Virus genome (UHGV): UHGV-0307316 | Reading direction: 5' to 3' (one strand) | DNA from: a virus | Length of the DNA stretch: 64,000 nucleotides | In this document: in pieces, positions 27,396 to 36,799 of the stretch | Layout of the letters: each line of letters starts with the position of its first letter | How positions within the stretch are numbered: the first letter of the stretch is position 1 | Position numbers and translations under genes: made by a program | Notes under the pieces: generated by a model | Database searches by the model: none | What the model saw: only the letters and a program-made list of their open reading frames with translations | Told to the model about the DNA's origin: nothing

Positions 27396-27836
27396 TTAGA
27401 AAGGTTTTCTACGTTGCTTGTTAATGTTAGCTTTCATAGCAGCTAAATGGTTTTGCTGTTCAATTAGTCGTGAACGTTCTTGATGGCTAAGTACCATAGT
27501 GTTCACATTCTCAATCGCTTGAGTGGCTTGCTTTAAAGCACGACCAATCTTACCAGACATTTTACGTTTTGCAATAGTTGCTTGATGCTTAGGTTCAACC
27601 ACACGATAACCAACACCCATTGAAGCAACCAGATAAATCTTCTCTTCTTTAAGAAGCTTCTCAATAAACTTCTCAAGTCGATTTAAGCGTGTAAGTGCGT
27701 AAGCTTTCATTTCATCTTCGTACTTAACAATGTCACCTTGATAAGTTGGCTTCACAATACCTAAGAAGGTATCCATCTCAGAGTGTGATACAGTGTCACC
27801 GTAACTAAACTTTGCTGCTAATGCTTTTGTATTCAT
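27396..27836 (-). CDS. Hypothetical protein (repeat-bracketed cassette)
   Basis: 146 aa ORF; basic C-terminus; flanked by repeat modules. Confidence 0.4.
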   Translation of the reverse strand: MNTKALAAKFSYGDTVSHSEMDTFLGIVKPTYQGDIVKYEDEMKAYALTRLNRLEKFIEKLLKEEKIYLVASMGVGYRVVEPKHQATIAKRKMSGKIGRALKQATQAIENVNTMVLSHQERSRLIEQQNHLAAMKANINKQRRKPF

Positions 27837-27838
27837 AA

Positions 27839-28444
<606 letters not shown>

Positions 28445-28509
28445 TTAGTTGATTGTTAAGTTGTTTGTAAAGAACCCTCAACAGAAGACTCTTTAGAAAC
28501 TTGGTAGAT

Positions 28510-28790
28510 TTTTAACGTGGATACTACCATCCACCCATACCGTGCCACACCACACCGGACCGTACCATGCCCAACCCTACTACACCAGACCTTATTAAAA
28601 GACCCTCTCCAAAGACCTTTTAAAAAGGTAAGTCTCATTTTAATGTAGCTGAGACTAACTACCCATACATTACCGCACCATATTATACCCTACCCCACCA
28701 TACTTCACTGCACCGAGCCACGCATTACATCACTTAAAAAACCTTTTCAAAGACTCTTAAGTGATGCTGGTGAGTACCCGTTGGTTTATG
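28510..28790. repeat. Intergenic repeat module B (paralog of module A)
   Basis: Shares the core GACCTTTTAAAAAGGTAAGTCTCATTTTAATGTAGCTGAGACTAACTACCC (28614-28664, identical to 27078-27128) and ATTAAAAGACCCTCT, plus CC/ACC-phased tracts and CACTTAA...TTAAGTG hairpin. Confidence 0.8.
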
Positions 28791-28830
28791 CTGCTCAGTA
28801 TACTCACCAAATTTTCTATGTCAACAACTT

Positions 28831-29967
28831 TTATTCGTAGTCTCGAATAACGAGACCAACAGGGAACTGTAAAGAACCCTTACGAGTCATCTTCTGGAAC
28901 TGAACCGTTAAAGGTTTCCCGATAAACTCTTCAGGATGCTCAGCAAGATACTGTTTCTTCTCGTGTGTAGTTTTCCATGAAACATCTACAAAGACGTTAG
29001 GAAGAGTCTCTACAACGAACTTACCATGACCACGCTTATCAGTCTTTACACCAGTCACTTTAAACTCTTCAGTGTGCATCTTCTTGTGCTTAATCAAGAA
29101 GTATGAACGGTGACCACACTCATAGAAAGATTCTTCAGAGATTGAACGGTACATTGCACCTTCAAACTTAGCTTCAACCCACTTATCATGAGCTTCATCA
29201 AACTCTTCCCAAGAATTTACACGGATAGTCTGTACAGGAACAACTCTACAGGTATCCCCAAGCTCAACAATAGGTGAGTTATCAATAACTTCACGACGCT
29301 CAGGCCAAGATTTTGAATTGTCACAGATATCATACCAGTAGAATTTAAGAAGGTGACGGTCTGGATTGTCAGCATTCTTAATCATAGATACAATATCTTC
29401 TAAGTCCCAACCATGAGCATAAATCTCTCCGTCAAAGTCTTCAACTTGCGGATGTAATTTAAGCAACAAAAGCAAATCTGGGATTAGTTCTGTTGGAACG
29501 TTGTAAACAGTATTCTCACGAGAATAAGCTGTGAAACTGACTGAATCAGCATCTCTTGAGATTCTACAACGTACACCATCAAGTTTTGGTTGAGCATCAG
29601 CAGGGAACTTCAGATACTTTGCATGACTAACCTTTGCAGCATCATGAGCAAGCTGTACACCTACCTTCTCAGTATTCTGTGCAGACTCTTTTGTGTAAGC
29701 ATAACCTTTACGGTCAACTTGCTTTTTATACTTAGCAGCAACTTCAAAGAGAGCTTGCTGTTCAGCGTTACGCTCATTCTTTTTACCGATGTTCTTAGGC
29801 TCTGCTGTATACTCTTCAAACATCATCTTGCCATTCTCTTTACCATAGGTTGTAATAACTTTGTCACCTACAGCAACACATGACCAGACGTTGAAGGAAC
29901 CATCTTTATTTTGTTTGTACAGAATTGTCATTTTTAACCTCTGAGTGATACCAAGTATTGCAAGCAT
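28831..29967 (-). CDS. ATP-dependent DNA ligase
   Basis: Adenylation motif I KLDGVRC (KxDGxR) in the translation; size as for T7-type ligases. Confidence 0.8.
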   Translation of the reverse strand: MLAILGITQRLKMTILYKQNKDGSFNVWSCVAVGDKVITTYGKENGKMMFEEYTAEPKNIGKKNERNAEQQALFEVAAKYKKQVDRKGYAYTKESAQNTEKVGVQLAHDAAKVSHAKYLKFPADAQPKLDGVRCRISRDADSVSFTAYSRENTVYNVPTELIPDLLLLLKLHPQVEDFDGEIYAHGWDLEDIVSMIKNADNPDRHLLKFYWYDICDNSKSWPERREVIDNSPIVELGDTCRVVPVQTIRVNSWEEFDEAHDKWVEAKFEGAMYRSISEESFYECGHRSYFLIKHKKMHTEEFKVTGVKTDKRGHGKFVVETLPNVFVDVSWKTTHEKKQYLAEHPEEFIGKPLTVQFQKMTRKGSLQFPVGLVIRDYE

Positions 29968-30124
29968 TACATGCGTAAAGCTCTAAGTCATTTTTATCTG
30001 GTTTGTGGAAACAGTTTGACCCACAACGACACCGGAATAGCTTACCATCAACACGAAGAATGAATGTTTCAAGCTCACCATCTTCTGTAAGAACTGCGTT
30101 CTTAAATTTATCTTCTACAGTCAT
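29906..30124 (-). CDS. Zinc-finger small protein (hypothetical)
   Basis: CRCGSNC ... CNACN cysteine pairs. Confidence 0.35.
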   Translation of the reverse strand: MTVEDKFKNAVLTEDGELETFILRVDGKLFRCRCGSNCFHKPDKNDLELYACNACNTWYHSEVKNDNSVQTK

Positions 30125-30327
30125 TTTCTCTTACCACCAATCTCTACGTCGATAACTTGAACATCGCCAGCAACATCAAACTTATGAATGATGCTTTCCA
30201 CAGTGTAAGTCCAACCCTCAATGCGAACCAACTCACCTTCTCGTGGGACGATTGGATTACGTTGAGCTACGGTTGTAGTGGAGTGAACAACATCATAACA
30301 ATAGATGTAGTTTACTAAGACTTCCAT
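30121..30327 (-). CDS. Hypothetical protein (start trimmed to internal Met to avoid overlap with lipoprotein gene)
   Basis: ATG at 30325-30327 (- strand) preceded by GAGG; the longer listed ORF would overlap 30338-30607. Confidence 0.3.
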   Translation of the reverse strand: MEVLVNYIYCYDVVHSTTTVAQRNPIVPREGELVRIEGWTYTVESIIHKFDVAGDVQVIDVEIGGKRK

Positions 30328-30337
30328 CGTGAAAACC

Positions 30338-30607
30338 TCACTCAATAACCGTAGTGTGTGATTGACCATTTTTGCCATAGCTATAAGATGTTGTTGTTTG
30401 GGAGTTTGGACATCTGACAACAACAATATCTCTGCTTATAGCATCACCATGTAACTTGTATACTCTGCAATCTTGCATCTCTGGTGGGAGACTGTAAGAA
30501 GCATTTTTATCTTCATAAGAAGGGTTGCAGCCAGATAGAAAAACAACACCAAGCGCAATTACTGCTTTCCACATAATACTTCCCCAGAGACTGTACATTT
30601 TCTTCAT
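30338..30607 (-). CDS. Small lipoprotein (candidate superinfection-exclusion / receptor-masking protein)
   Basis: Signal peptide with lipobox (VVFLSGC); short mature domain with an additional Cys. Confidence 0.5.
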   Translation of the reverse strand: MKKMYSLWGSIMWKAVIALGVVFLSGCNPSYEDKNASYSLPPEMQDCRVYKLHGDAISRDIVVVRCPNSQTTTSYSYGKNGQSHTTVIE

Positions 30608-30837
30608 AGCAACTCCAGAATATCAATACGTTCACCTTTGAGTACTCCAGTACGGTCTTTTGCAATCTTACCGTCAACAATAAGAATGTGTGCAGACCTT
30701 AAAGTGTCGCTGTTAAAGGCTTTTACGAACTTGCTAGGCATCACTACAATACACATCTCCTGAATCAACTCTGGAGTATAGCAATTGTCGTGAAGTTGCT
30801 GAATAACGTCTGCAAGTGTCATTTTTGATGTCTCCAA
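30604..30837 (-). CDS. Hypothetical protein
   Basis: 77 aa ORF, translationally coupled. Confidence 0.3.
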   Translation of the reverse strand: METSKMTLADVIQQLHDNCYTPELIQEMCIVVMPSKFVKAFNSDTLRSAHILIVDGKIAKDRTGVLKGERIDILELL

Positions 30838-31028
30838 TATTCAATATCTACAAGTTCTTGTGCAATGCTTTTAAGGTTACTTTTGAGGAAAACTTTCTCA
30901 CCACCAGACAGGGAAGTGTTATCAATGAGTCTATTCATTCTCTCAAACAACTTCTGCTTACGGTTCTTGATAGTTTCCTTTGAAGCACCTTTCATCATCG
31001 CTGCATGGGTTCTTCCACGGTGACTCAT
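30819..31028 (-). CDS. Hypothetical small basic protein
   Basis: 69 aa ORF. Confidence 0.3.
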   Translation of the reverse strand: MSHRGRTHAAMMKGASKETIKNRKQKLFERMNRLIDNTSLSGGEKVFLKSNLKSIAQELVDIEYWRHQK

Positions 31029-31079
31029 AAGCCCTCCTATATAAGATATAGTATAAGGTACTCTTCCATGAGCACCTTG

Positions 31080-31595
31080 TCAACTTAGTTTTGCAAACTC
31101 TCCGTGGAGTTTTACAGCAGCTTCACAGTAAGCTTTATGGGCTTCTTCTTCCGTTGTGTATGTTCCTATATGTATAGTCTTACCATTATGGTTAATCTGG
31201 GCTACCCACTTACCAGACTTGCTTCTACTTGTGCCTTTTAAGTTTTTTGATGTTCTAGGTTGTCTCCTATTAGACATGTTCTGTTCTTTTGTGGCCTCTC
31301 TTAAATTGTTCCAAGCGTTATTCAAGCCATCTCCATCTTTGTGGTCAATGTGTTTATCAGGCCACTTGCCTGTCATCCAGAACCAAGCAATTCGGTGATT
31401 ACCTGTCCTGTATCCTAAAATCTGTGTGTGCATATACACACCAGACCTTGTGCGCTTAATTGCTCCGGCTTGGCTTCCAATAACCACCCTACTACTATGT
31501 GGAGGTCTACCAATCCATGTTAAGACCCCTGTTTCGGGGTCATAATCTAACCAAGACTTTAACTGTTCATGTGTGAATCCACAATCTCTCATCAA
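31080..31595 (-). CDS. HNH homing endonuclease with AP2-type DNA-binding domain
   Basis: HNH core IDHKDGDGLNNAWNNLREATKEQN; C-terminal AP2-like segment SKSGKWVAQINHNGKTIHIGTYTTEEEAHKAY; start abuts DNA polymerase stop. Confidence 0.7.
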   Translation of the reverse strand: MMRDCGFTHEQLKSWLDYDPETGVLTWIGRPPHSSRVVIGSQAGAIKRTRSGVYMHTQILGYRTGNHRIAWFWMTGKWPDKHIDHKDGDGLNNAWNNLREATKEQNMSNRRQPRTSKNLKGTSRSKSGKWVAQINHNGKTIHIGTYTTEEEAHKAYCEAAVKLHGEFAKLS

Positions 31596-34321
31596 TGTAC
31601 CTCATACCAGCTCTTACCAACCTTACCTGTGCCAGTTACAAGCGTCTCACTCTTCAAACCTAAATTCTTAGATGCCTGACCATACATCCAGTCAGTTATG
31701 GCTTTAACTTCTTGAGTCATACTTTCTGGGCATTCCCAACTGTTTTCATCGTGGTATGCCAGCAAAAGCCTAGCACCGATTGCTGGTTTTCGTCCATTTA
31801 ATTTTGTCAATCCTTCTTCACATGCTCTTCTACAAGCAAGATTAATTGCCTCATTTTGAATCTGAGCCTCTGAACCCATGAGCAAATAATTCAATAACTT
31901 ATGTGGAGATTTACACCACAACCAAGCTCCAGCAACCTTTACAAAACCACCTTTAGAGATTGCAGCAGTCTTACCAAATACCTCTTCAAGTGCCTTTTTA
32001 GTTGCTTTGTAGTCAGCTTCCAAGTCATCTAGCAGCTTTTTAATTTTAGGCAAACGAATAAAGTAAGTCTGTTTAGTCAGCGCACCTTCCTGAGTAGTTG
32101 CAGCTTTAATCGTCTTAGCAAACTTCTCATCACCTGCACCGAACAGCAGTGCATAGATACCATTCTTAGCTTTCTTACGACCCTTGCTAATCTCATGAAG
32201 AAGATTCTCATCCTGAGTAGCTCGACAAGTCAAGATGTCCTGCTCATCGTTCAAGTTAAAGTAAATACTGTTCAGTGTATGTGCATCAGTCCCTGAATAG
32301 ACAACGTACAGGTCATTCTCAGAGTCATAGCGAAGGTACTTATCAATCTCTGGGTTGAGGTACTCATCAAAGTGTTTACAGTAATAGCGTCCATCTTCTT
32401 GACGAATGAACTCAATTTCTTCTTTACCTTGCGTTACCGCTTTGGTGAAGTCTTTATCACCCATAAAGTTACAAAGAAGAACTAGCTGGGCTGAGTTCAT
32501 GTCTACAGAGACAACGTTAGTACCTTCCTCACAAATCCACACTGCCCTCATTGGTTCCCCATAGACAGCAGCACCAGACGGTACGTTTACAATACCATAC
32601 TGTGTCATACGTCCAGTTGAAGTACCAAACACCATTGCACCAGCACTAAGGCGACCATCAGGACGAATCTGGTTCAACCAACCTTTTTCATCATCCTTTG
32701 AGTTCTCAATAGTTCTGCGTCGGTGCATCAAAGTGTAGTATTTAGCAATCTTCTGTCCAAGCTCACCTTCAATCGTATCGTAAGATGATTCAGTAAGTTT
32801 TGGTGAAGTACGGATTAAGCAAGGCTCAAGCAAATCTGTGTACTTCTTCACAGACCAGTTATGCTCAATGTACTGGACGCCTTCGTGTTCAACATAACTC
32901 AAACCACACCGCTCAACCATTTCCTGCCACTTAGGATGCTTTGTAATCATCTTTTTATTGTCTTTGAAACGACAAACTTTGACAGGGCGACCATCAGAGT
33001 CTTTCTTGTAGTTCCAGTCATCTGGAATCCAACCAACTGATTTCAAGTAGTCTTTAACAACTGCTACCTGAGTCATACGAGAAACTTCAAACTCAATTGG
33101 TGTATATGGTGCATCAATCAAACCTGTGTAGCGACTTGACTCAAGTTCAAAGTGGTTAACAACGTGGCTGTTATAGTACTTCACAGTTTTGACTGTTTTT
33201 ACTGGCTTCCAGTCTTTGCATTTCTTACCAATCTTTGCGTTCAACTCATTGCAAATTGCACGAGCATCCTTCATTGCTACAAAGCCTTCCTTGTACTCTT
33301 CACCAGTTACAGAGTTGGTTGGTGTATAGCAATTCCTTTTTTCAATGTTAAAAATCTTTGTAGTTGGCTTACCAAATGGTTTGATTTCGTATGTCTGCAT
33401 CTCGCCATTACGTACCTGCTGACGATACTTTGTCTTAGGGTACTTGGTAATTCTTTTCAGTCCATCTGCATGACCAAATGTTTCAACATACTCATTCCAA
33501 GCTTTTGCAAACTCTTCTCCAGTGACTTTACCTTTGGTCTTAATAGTTGGAGGTAGATGTGGTTCAACCTCTGAAGCAAGCTCATTAGTCAACTTGTCAA
33601 GTTCCTTTACATGGAACTCCATAAGCTCTTTATCAGCTTTCCAACCATTGATAGCTTGTTGACTCATCCAGAAAGATGTTTCTTTAGCTCGCATGTAGGT
33701 TTCATAAGTGTCTATGCCACACTTCTTAAGCTTGAGATACTCATTATCAAGTGCCCGTTTAGTTTTGGCGTTAATACGGATATCTTCTACAACACGAGTG
33801 AAGATTTCTGCATTCCACACACCCCAATGTTCAATCTCTGGTTTACGAACACCAACACGAGCACCCCATGCAGCCAAGCCATGAGCACCTTTATAACCCT
33901 TTGGAGTTGGTCTATCCATCCACTGAACACGAGACTGGATAAGAGAATCCTGAAAGAAATTACTCCACGGCTTACACTTTGGATTATCAAAGTTCCATAA
34001 ATCCGGTGCAATGTGATTGAAAACCCACCAGTCATAACCTAGACCATTATGAATGCAAAGACGTTTTGCCTTTAACGCAAACTCAATACCTTCACGTAAG
34101 CCACCCTTAATGTACTTGGTATACTTGTGACCGAGGATAGGCTCATCTGTAAAGACCCATACAGGTGGCTCTTCATCGTCAGATTTATAGTCTGCGAAAG
34201 CCATTACGTGCACTTTAGTGAACTCAAGGAGTAAACCATCAGTTTCTGTATCACCAACTAAATGTAAGTTTTTAAAATCTACGTTTTCCATTTTTACTCC
34301 CTCTAAAATCATTAACCTCAT
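31592..34321 (-). CDS. DNA polymerase, family A (T7 gp5-like) with 3'-5' exonuclease domain
   Basis: Exo I VGDTETDGL; Pol motif A VSVDMNSAQLVLL; motif B KKAKNGIYALLFGAG; motif C AYHDE. Confidence 0.9.
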   Translation of the reverse strand: MRLMILEGVKMENVDFKNLHLVGDTETDGLLLEFTKVHVMAFADYKSDDEEPPVWVFTDEPILGHKYTKYIKGGLREGIEFALKAKRLCIHNGLGYDWWVFNHIAPDLWNFDNPKCKPWSNFFQDSLIQSRVQWMDRPTPKGYKGAHGLAAWGARVGVRKPEIEHWGVWNAEIFTRVVEDIRINAKTKRALDNEYLKLKKCGIDTYETYMRAKETSFWMSQQAINGWKADKELMEFHVKELDKLTNELASEVEPHLPPTIKTKGKVTGEEFAKAWNEYVETFGHADGLKRITKYPKTKYRQQVRNGEMQTYEIKPFGKPTTKIFNIEKRNCYTPTNSVTGEEYKEGFVAMKDARAICNELNAKIGKKCKDWKPVKTVKTVKYYNSHVVNHFELESSRYTGLIDAPYTPIEFEVSRMTQVAVVKDYLKSVGWIPDDWNYKKDSDGRPVKVCRFKDNKKMITKHPKWQEMVERCGLSYVEHEGVQYIEHNWSVKKYTDLLEPCLIRTSPKLTESSYDTIEGELGQKIAKYYTLMHRRRTIENSKDDEKGWLNQIRPDGRLSAGAMVFGTSTGRMTQYGIVNVPSGAAVYGEPMRAVWICEEGTNVVSVDMNSAQLVLLCNFMGDKDFTKAVTQGKEEIEFIRQEDGRYYCKHFDEYLNPEIDKYLRYDSENDLYVVYSGTDAHTLNSIYFNLNDEQDILTCRATQDENLLHEISKGRKKAKNGIYALLFGAGDEKFAKTIKAATTQEGALTKQTYFIRLPKIKKLLDDLEADYKATKKALEEVFGKTAAISKGGFVKVAGAWLWCKSPHKLLNYLLMGSEAQIQNEAINLACRRACEEGLTKLNGRKPAIGARLLLAYHDENSWECPESMTQEVKAITDWMYGQASKNLGLKSETLVTGTGKVGKSWYEVH

Positions 34322-34548
34322 ACATTACTGCAAAAAATTATAAAAAGCAAGTTGACAATGCACTTGACAAGGTGTTAATCTTTGCGAAGTGGGTTTTTAC
34401 TTAAAAGGTTACTTAACAGTTTAACTATACAGATACTTTAAATCTCTTAAAAGATTATTTAATAGCTTTTAAAAAGCTTTAAAGTATAACGTATAGAATA
34501 CGTTAAGATAAAAGATTAAAACTTAATAGTTACTTAAAAGAGGCTTAC
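34322..34548. promoter_or_regulatory. Divergent AT-rich control region between the - and + replication blocks
   Basis: Tandem TTGACA (34352, 34364), perfect palindrome AACGTATAGAATACGTT (~34490-34506), near-palindrome AGCTTTTAAAAAGCT, repeated CTTAAAAG. Confidence 0.5.
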
Positions 34549-34971
34549 ATGCAGAAAATGTTTGTTCACCCAGACATAGCTGACTTTGTTAGAGCTTTGC
34601 AGAAGTTGGAAGAACTTGACATTGCTGCTCAACGGGAATATGCTCACCATCACAGGAGAATGGTTGATATACAACATGAAATAGAGTTGTCTGAAAACTA
34701 TGAAGATGACTTAAAATGCTCTGTATTTGAGCATATGAAAGATGTTGCTACAGCAAGACGTAAAGCTAAAGACACAGTTGCTTTACTGGATTCTCTTAAA
34801 AAGAGGTTGCAAAGTGGTACAGACCTGTGTAATCTAGCGTCACTGATTAACGATGTTGAAACTTCTTGGGATAGGCACTATTATCCACGTTCTGAAAAGA
34901 CACTTGACTTTTCTTCATCAGAAAACTTAAAATGTTCTAGAAAGAAACTTAACCAACTGAGAGAGAAATAA
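34549..34971 (+). CDS. Hypothetical protein
   Basis: 140 aa ORF, first gene of + block 3. Confidence 0.35.
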   Translation: MQKMFVHPDIADFVRALQKLEELDIAAQREYAHHHRRMVDIQHEIELSENYEDDLKCSVFEHMKDVATARRKAKDTVALLDSLKKRLQSGTDLCNLASLINDVETSWDRHYYPRSEKTLDFSSSENLKCSRKKLNQLREK

Positions 34972-34972
34972 T

Positions 34973-35785
34973 ATGAATATCAATGTGGAACAGATGCTTG
35001 AAGAGAAAGGTGTTGATGAAGCATTCTTAATCAATGCCGTAGAAAGCATGGCTATGATTCTTCGTGGAAATAACTACACAGAACAGTTTATGCCTGCAAG
35101 CTACAACTTACCTGAAGACAAGTCTGATAGTAGTGCTTTTGCAGAGCAGGTTAATATGATGCTGTGTGACAAAACGCTTGCTTTAGCATCTATCGTTGTA
35201 GGTGTCGATGCTCTTGCAGAGTTCATTTTTTATGAGATGCAGAAAAATGACTATATTGCCATGACATCTGAAGAAAAAGACTCGCTGCTGCTCTTAGATA
35301 ATGATGAGCTAGTTGGCCTGTTAATTTCTTCAACGAGTGCTGTTATGGCTGCTCTTGAGAAGCGTATGAATGAGAAGTTGTCACGGTATGAAAAACTTGA
35401 TTGGGGCGTAGAAGAATTAAACCCACGAATCAAAGAGATTATCCAGCAAACCAAAGCTTCTTTGGAAGAAGCTGTGAAAGATGATTATGTAGCTGGCATA
35501 GAACCACTACAGGTGAAAGTTGCATTGATGATGCCAGCTATCTCTACGATGATGAATATCGTTGCATTAATCCAGCTTTCACAGATGATGGGTACAACCA
35601 TCGAGTTCATTGAGAGTATGACTGGTGGTGTCAGTATGCAAGCAATCAATGATGTTTTGGTGAGCATTGGAGCTTCAATCATTGAAGAGAAACTGCGCAT
35701 TAACTTTGGTGACGATTTTGTGAAGCAAATCGCAGCTATGGCTGAAAAAGAACACTCACAGATTACCACTGAACAACTGCACTGA
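34973..35785 (+). CDS. Hypothetical protein
   Basis: 270 aa ORF. Confidence 0.4.
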   Translation: MNINVEQMLEEKGVDEAFLINAVESMAMILRGNNYTEQFMPASYNLPEDKSDSSAFAEQVNMMLCDKTLALASIVVGVDALAEFIFYEMQKNDYIAMTSEEKDSLLLLDNDELVGLLISSTSAVMAALEKRMNEKLSRYEKLDWGVEELNPRIKEIIQQTKASLEEAVKDDYVAGIEPLQVKVALMMPAISTMMNIVALIQLSQMMGTTIEFIESMTGGVSMQAINDVLVSIGASIIEEKLRINFGDDFVKQIAAMAEKEHSQITTEQLH

Positions 35786-35802
35786 GTTTTTATAAATATT
35801 AC

Positions 35803-35827
35803 AAGCCTCCTTAGTTGGGGGCTTTTT
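35803..35827 (+). terminator. Rho-independent terminator
   Basis: AAGCCTCC-TTAGTT-GGGGGCTT hairpin (one G-U pair) followed by TTT. Confidence 0.45.
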
Positions 35828-35846
35828 AGTAATTAAGGGAGATAGA

Positions 35847-36590
35847 ATGAGTAATATTATCGCATTTACTGGAAAGGCACGCTCTGGAAAAGACACCTCA
35901 TGTTCTATTGTGAAGAACATCTTAGAGGATGAGTACGGCTACAATGTTGCTGTAATGGCCTTTGCAGACAACCTTAAAATGTCTGCATCAAAGATATTTG
36001 ACCTGACTTGGAATGACCTGTATGGTGAAACTAAAGAGACTCCACAGGTATTTGACTTATCATATCCTGAACTGATGTTTAAAGTTACGGAAGCTATGGA
36101 GTTCACCTTCAGAGATGAACGTTACCATATGGACTTCAAGCTTATGTCAGAGTTAACCGGACGATTAATCATGGAGCTTAAGAAGGTTGCTAAACCTACC
36201 CTATTAACACGTCTGGGATTTAGTAAAAAGTATAAATTCTCATCAAGACAAATTCAACAGATTTGGGGTACTGAAGTTGTCCGTAAAGTAATGGGCGACA
36301 AGTTCTGGTCTAAAGACCTTGAAAAAAGAATGGTTAGATTCCATGAAATGTGCTCACTTAGAAATCAATATGGTTTTGTCTTAATCAGTGATTTAAGATT
36401 TGACTCTGAAGCTGAATGGCTGAGTAGATTTGCACACCAAACTATTGAAGTAAAAAGAGACAATGTGGACAAAGTTTCATCACATGTTTCAGAAAATGGG
36501 ATTTCTACAAAATATGAGCGTGACATTATTCATAATAATGGTACTCTTGCAGACCTTGAGAACAAGCTAAGAGCCATCATTAAAGTTTAA
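35847..36590 (+). CDS. Deoxynucleoside monophosphate kinase (T4 gp1-like)
   Basis: P-loop FTGKARSGKDT and colinear similarity to T4 gp1 blocks (..IWGTEVVRKVMGDKFW.., ..IHNNGTLADLENKL..). Confidence 0.65.
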   Translation: MSNIIAFTGKARSGKDTSCSIVKNILEDEYGYNVAVMAFADNLKMSASKIFDLTWNDLYGETKETPQVFDLSYPELMFKVTEAMEFTFRDERYHMDFKLMSELTGRLIMELKKVAKPTLLTRLGFSKKYKFSSRQIQQIWGTEVVRKVMGDKFWSKDLEKRMVRFHEMCSLRNQYGFVLISDLRFDSEAEWLSRFAHQTIEVKRDNVDKVSSHVSENGISTKYERDIIHNNGTLADLENKLRAIIKV

Positions 36591-36598
36591 AAGAGAGA

Positions 36599-36799
36599 AT
36601 GAAGATGAGAGTAAAAGACAATTTTAAAGTTATTGACCACCGTTTAGTGGAACTCTCATCTCTTTCCAATGAGGTAATGATTGAACGTCTTAAGAGAGTT
36701 GAATCACGAAGGAAAGAGATTGCAGATGAAATTCATGAACTGGACAAGATTGAAAATGGATTGAAGGCAGAACTACAACGAAGAGGTGCTAATGTCTAA
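36599..36799 (+). CDS. Hypothetical small coiled-coil protein
   Basis: 66 aa ORF. Confidence 0.3.
   Translation: MKMRVKDNFKVIDHRLVELSSLSNEVMIERLKRVESRRKEIADEIHELDKIENGLKAELQRRGANV

Noticed and set aside
33152-34035. ORFs 33152-33556 (+), 33611-34000 (+) and 33787-34035 (-)
   Set aside because: Embedded within or antisense to the motif-supported DNA polymerase gene.
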